Shown here: positions 31,844-32,000 of the stretch, one piece after another | Layout: each line of letters begins with the position of its first letter | Position numbering within the stretch: position 1 is the first letter of the stretch | Origin: Nitrososphaerota archaeon | GTDB taxonomy: Archaea > Thermoproteota > Nitrososphaeria > Nitrososphaerales > Nitrosopumilaceae | Direction: 5' to 3' | Assembly: GCA_028867785.1 (NCBI GenBank) | Contig: JAGWFS010000002.1 | Location: 116,678 to 148,677 of the forward strand | DNA: 32,000 nt | Program-made: the position numbers and the translations under genes | Notes under the pieces: generated by a model | Databases searched by the model: none | Seen by the model: the letters and a program-made list of their open reading frames with translations, nothing else | Told to the model about the DNA's origin: nothing

Positions 31844-32000
31844 TTACCACATGCCGCCAGTTGTAAAACCTTGTTCGTCAGACTTGCGTTGTGGGGCATG
31901 ACGGTGAGCCTTTTTCATGTGTCTGTCTAGGCGCACAGGATCGTGGAACTCTTGGCCGCATTCCTTGCATTTTGTTTGAGGCTGCTCGTCTTTTTTCTTA
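31844..32000 (-). CDS. C2H2 zinc-finger protein, 5' end outside window
   Basis: The minus-strand frame, open to the window edge, reads ..KKKDEQPQTKCKECGQEFHDPVRLDRHMKKAHRHAPQRKSDEQGFTTGGMW*. This has the classic C-x2-C-x12-H-x4-H spacing. Confidence 0.5.
   Translation of the reverse strand, partial: KKKDEQPQTKCKECGQEFHDPVRLDRHMKKAHRHAPQRKSDEQGFTTGGMW

Overview
This window looks like a chromosomal segment from an ammonia-oxidising archaeon (Nitrososphaerota/Thaumarchaeota). The diagnosis rests on a complete archaeal-type amoA (13303-13953, minus strand), an aEF-2 with the diphthamide-site motif, and a PEFG-CTERM-like surface protein.

Layout:
- (i) To 2000: most of aEF-2, cut at its N-terminus by the window edge.
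- (ii) 2.0-6.5 kb: a patchy accessory stretch directly 3' of aEF-2. It holds three diverged, truncated copies of the same gene 5' end, a perfect 17-bp palindromic junction, and a RelE/ParE-type toxin-antitoxin cassette sitting between two GNAT gene remnants.
- (iii) 6.5-16.5 kb: lineage-typical genes. These are a secreted metzincin, a DUF1059 protein, a J-domain/TPR protein, an orphan amoA flanked by tiny membrane-protein genes that share a promoter-proximal motif, and HtrA.
- (iv) About 16.5-24.6 kb: an island that looks AT-rich by eye. It carries an AbrB-fusion protein, two divergent winged-helix regulators, a frameshifted Ddl-like ATP-grasp gene, an 844-aa STAND (AAA_16-TPR) NTPase, a GNAT and a decayed tyrosine-recombinase gene.
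- (v) 24575-27562: an SNF2-family helicase whose P-loop is interrupted by an apparently intact 425-aa LAGLIDADG intein.
- (vi) To the window end: a NitT/TauT-type ABC transporter, an orphan PIN-like protein, DedA and a partial C2H2 zinc-finger gene.

I found no rRNA gene, tRNA gene or CRISPR array. All functional calls come from motif and pattern recognition on the supplied translations. No database search was possible.
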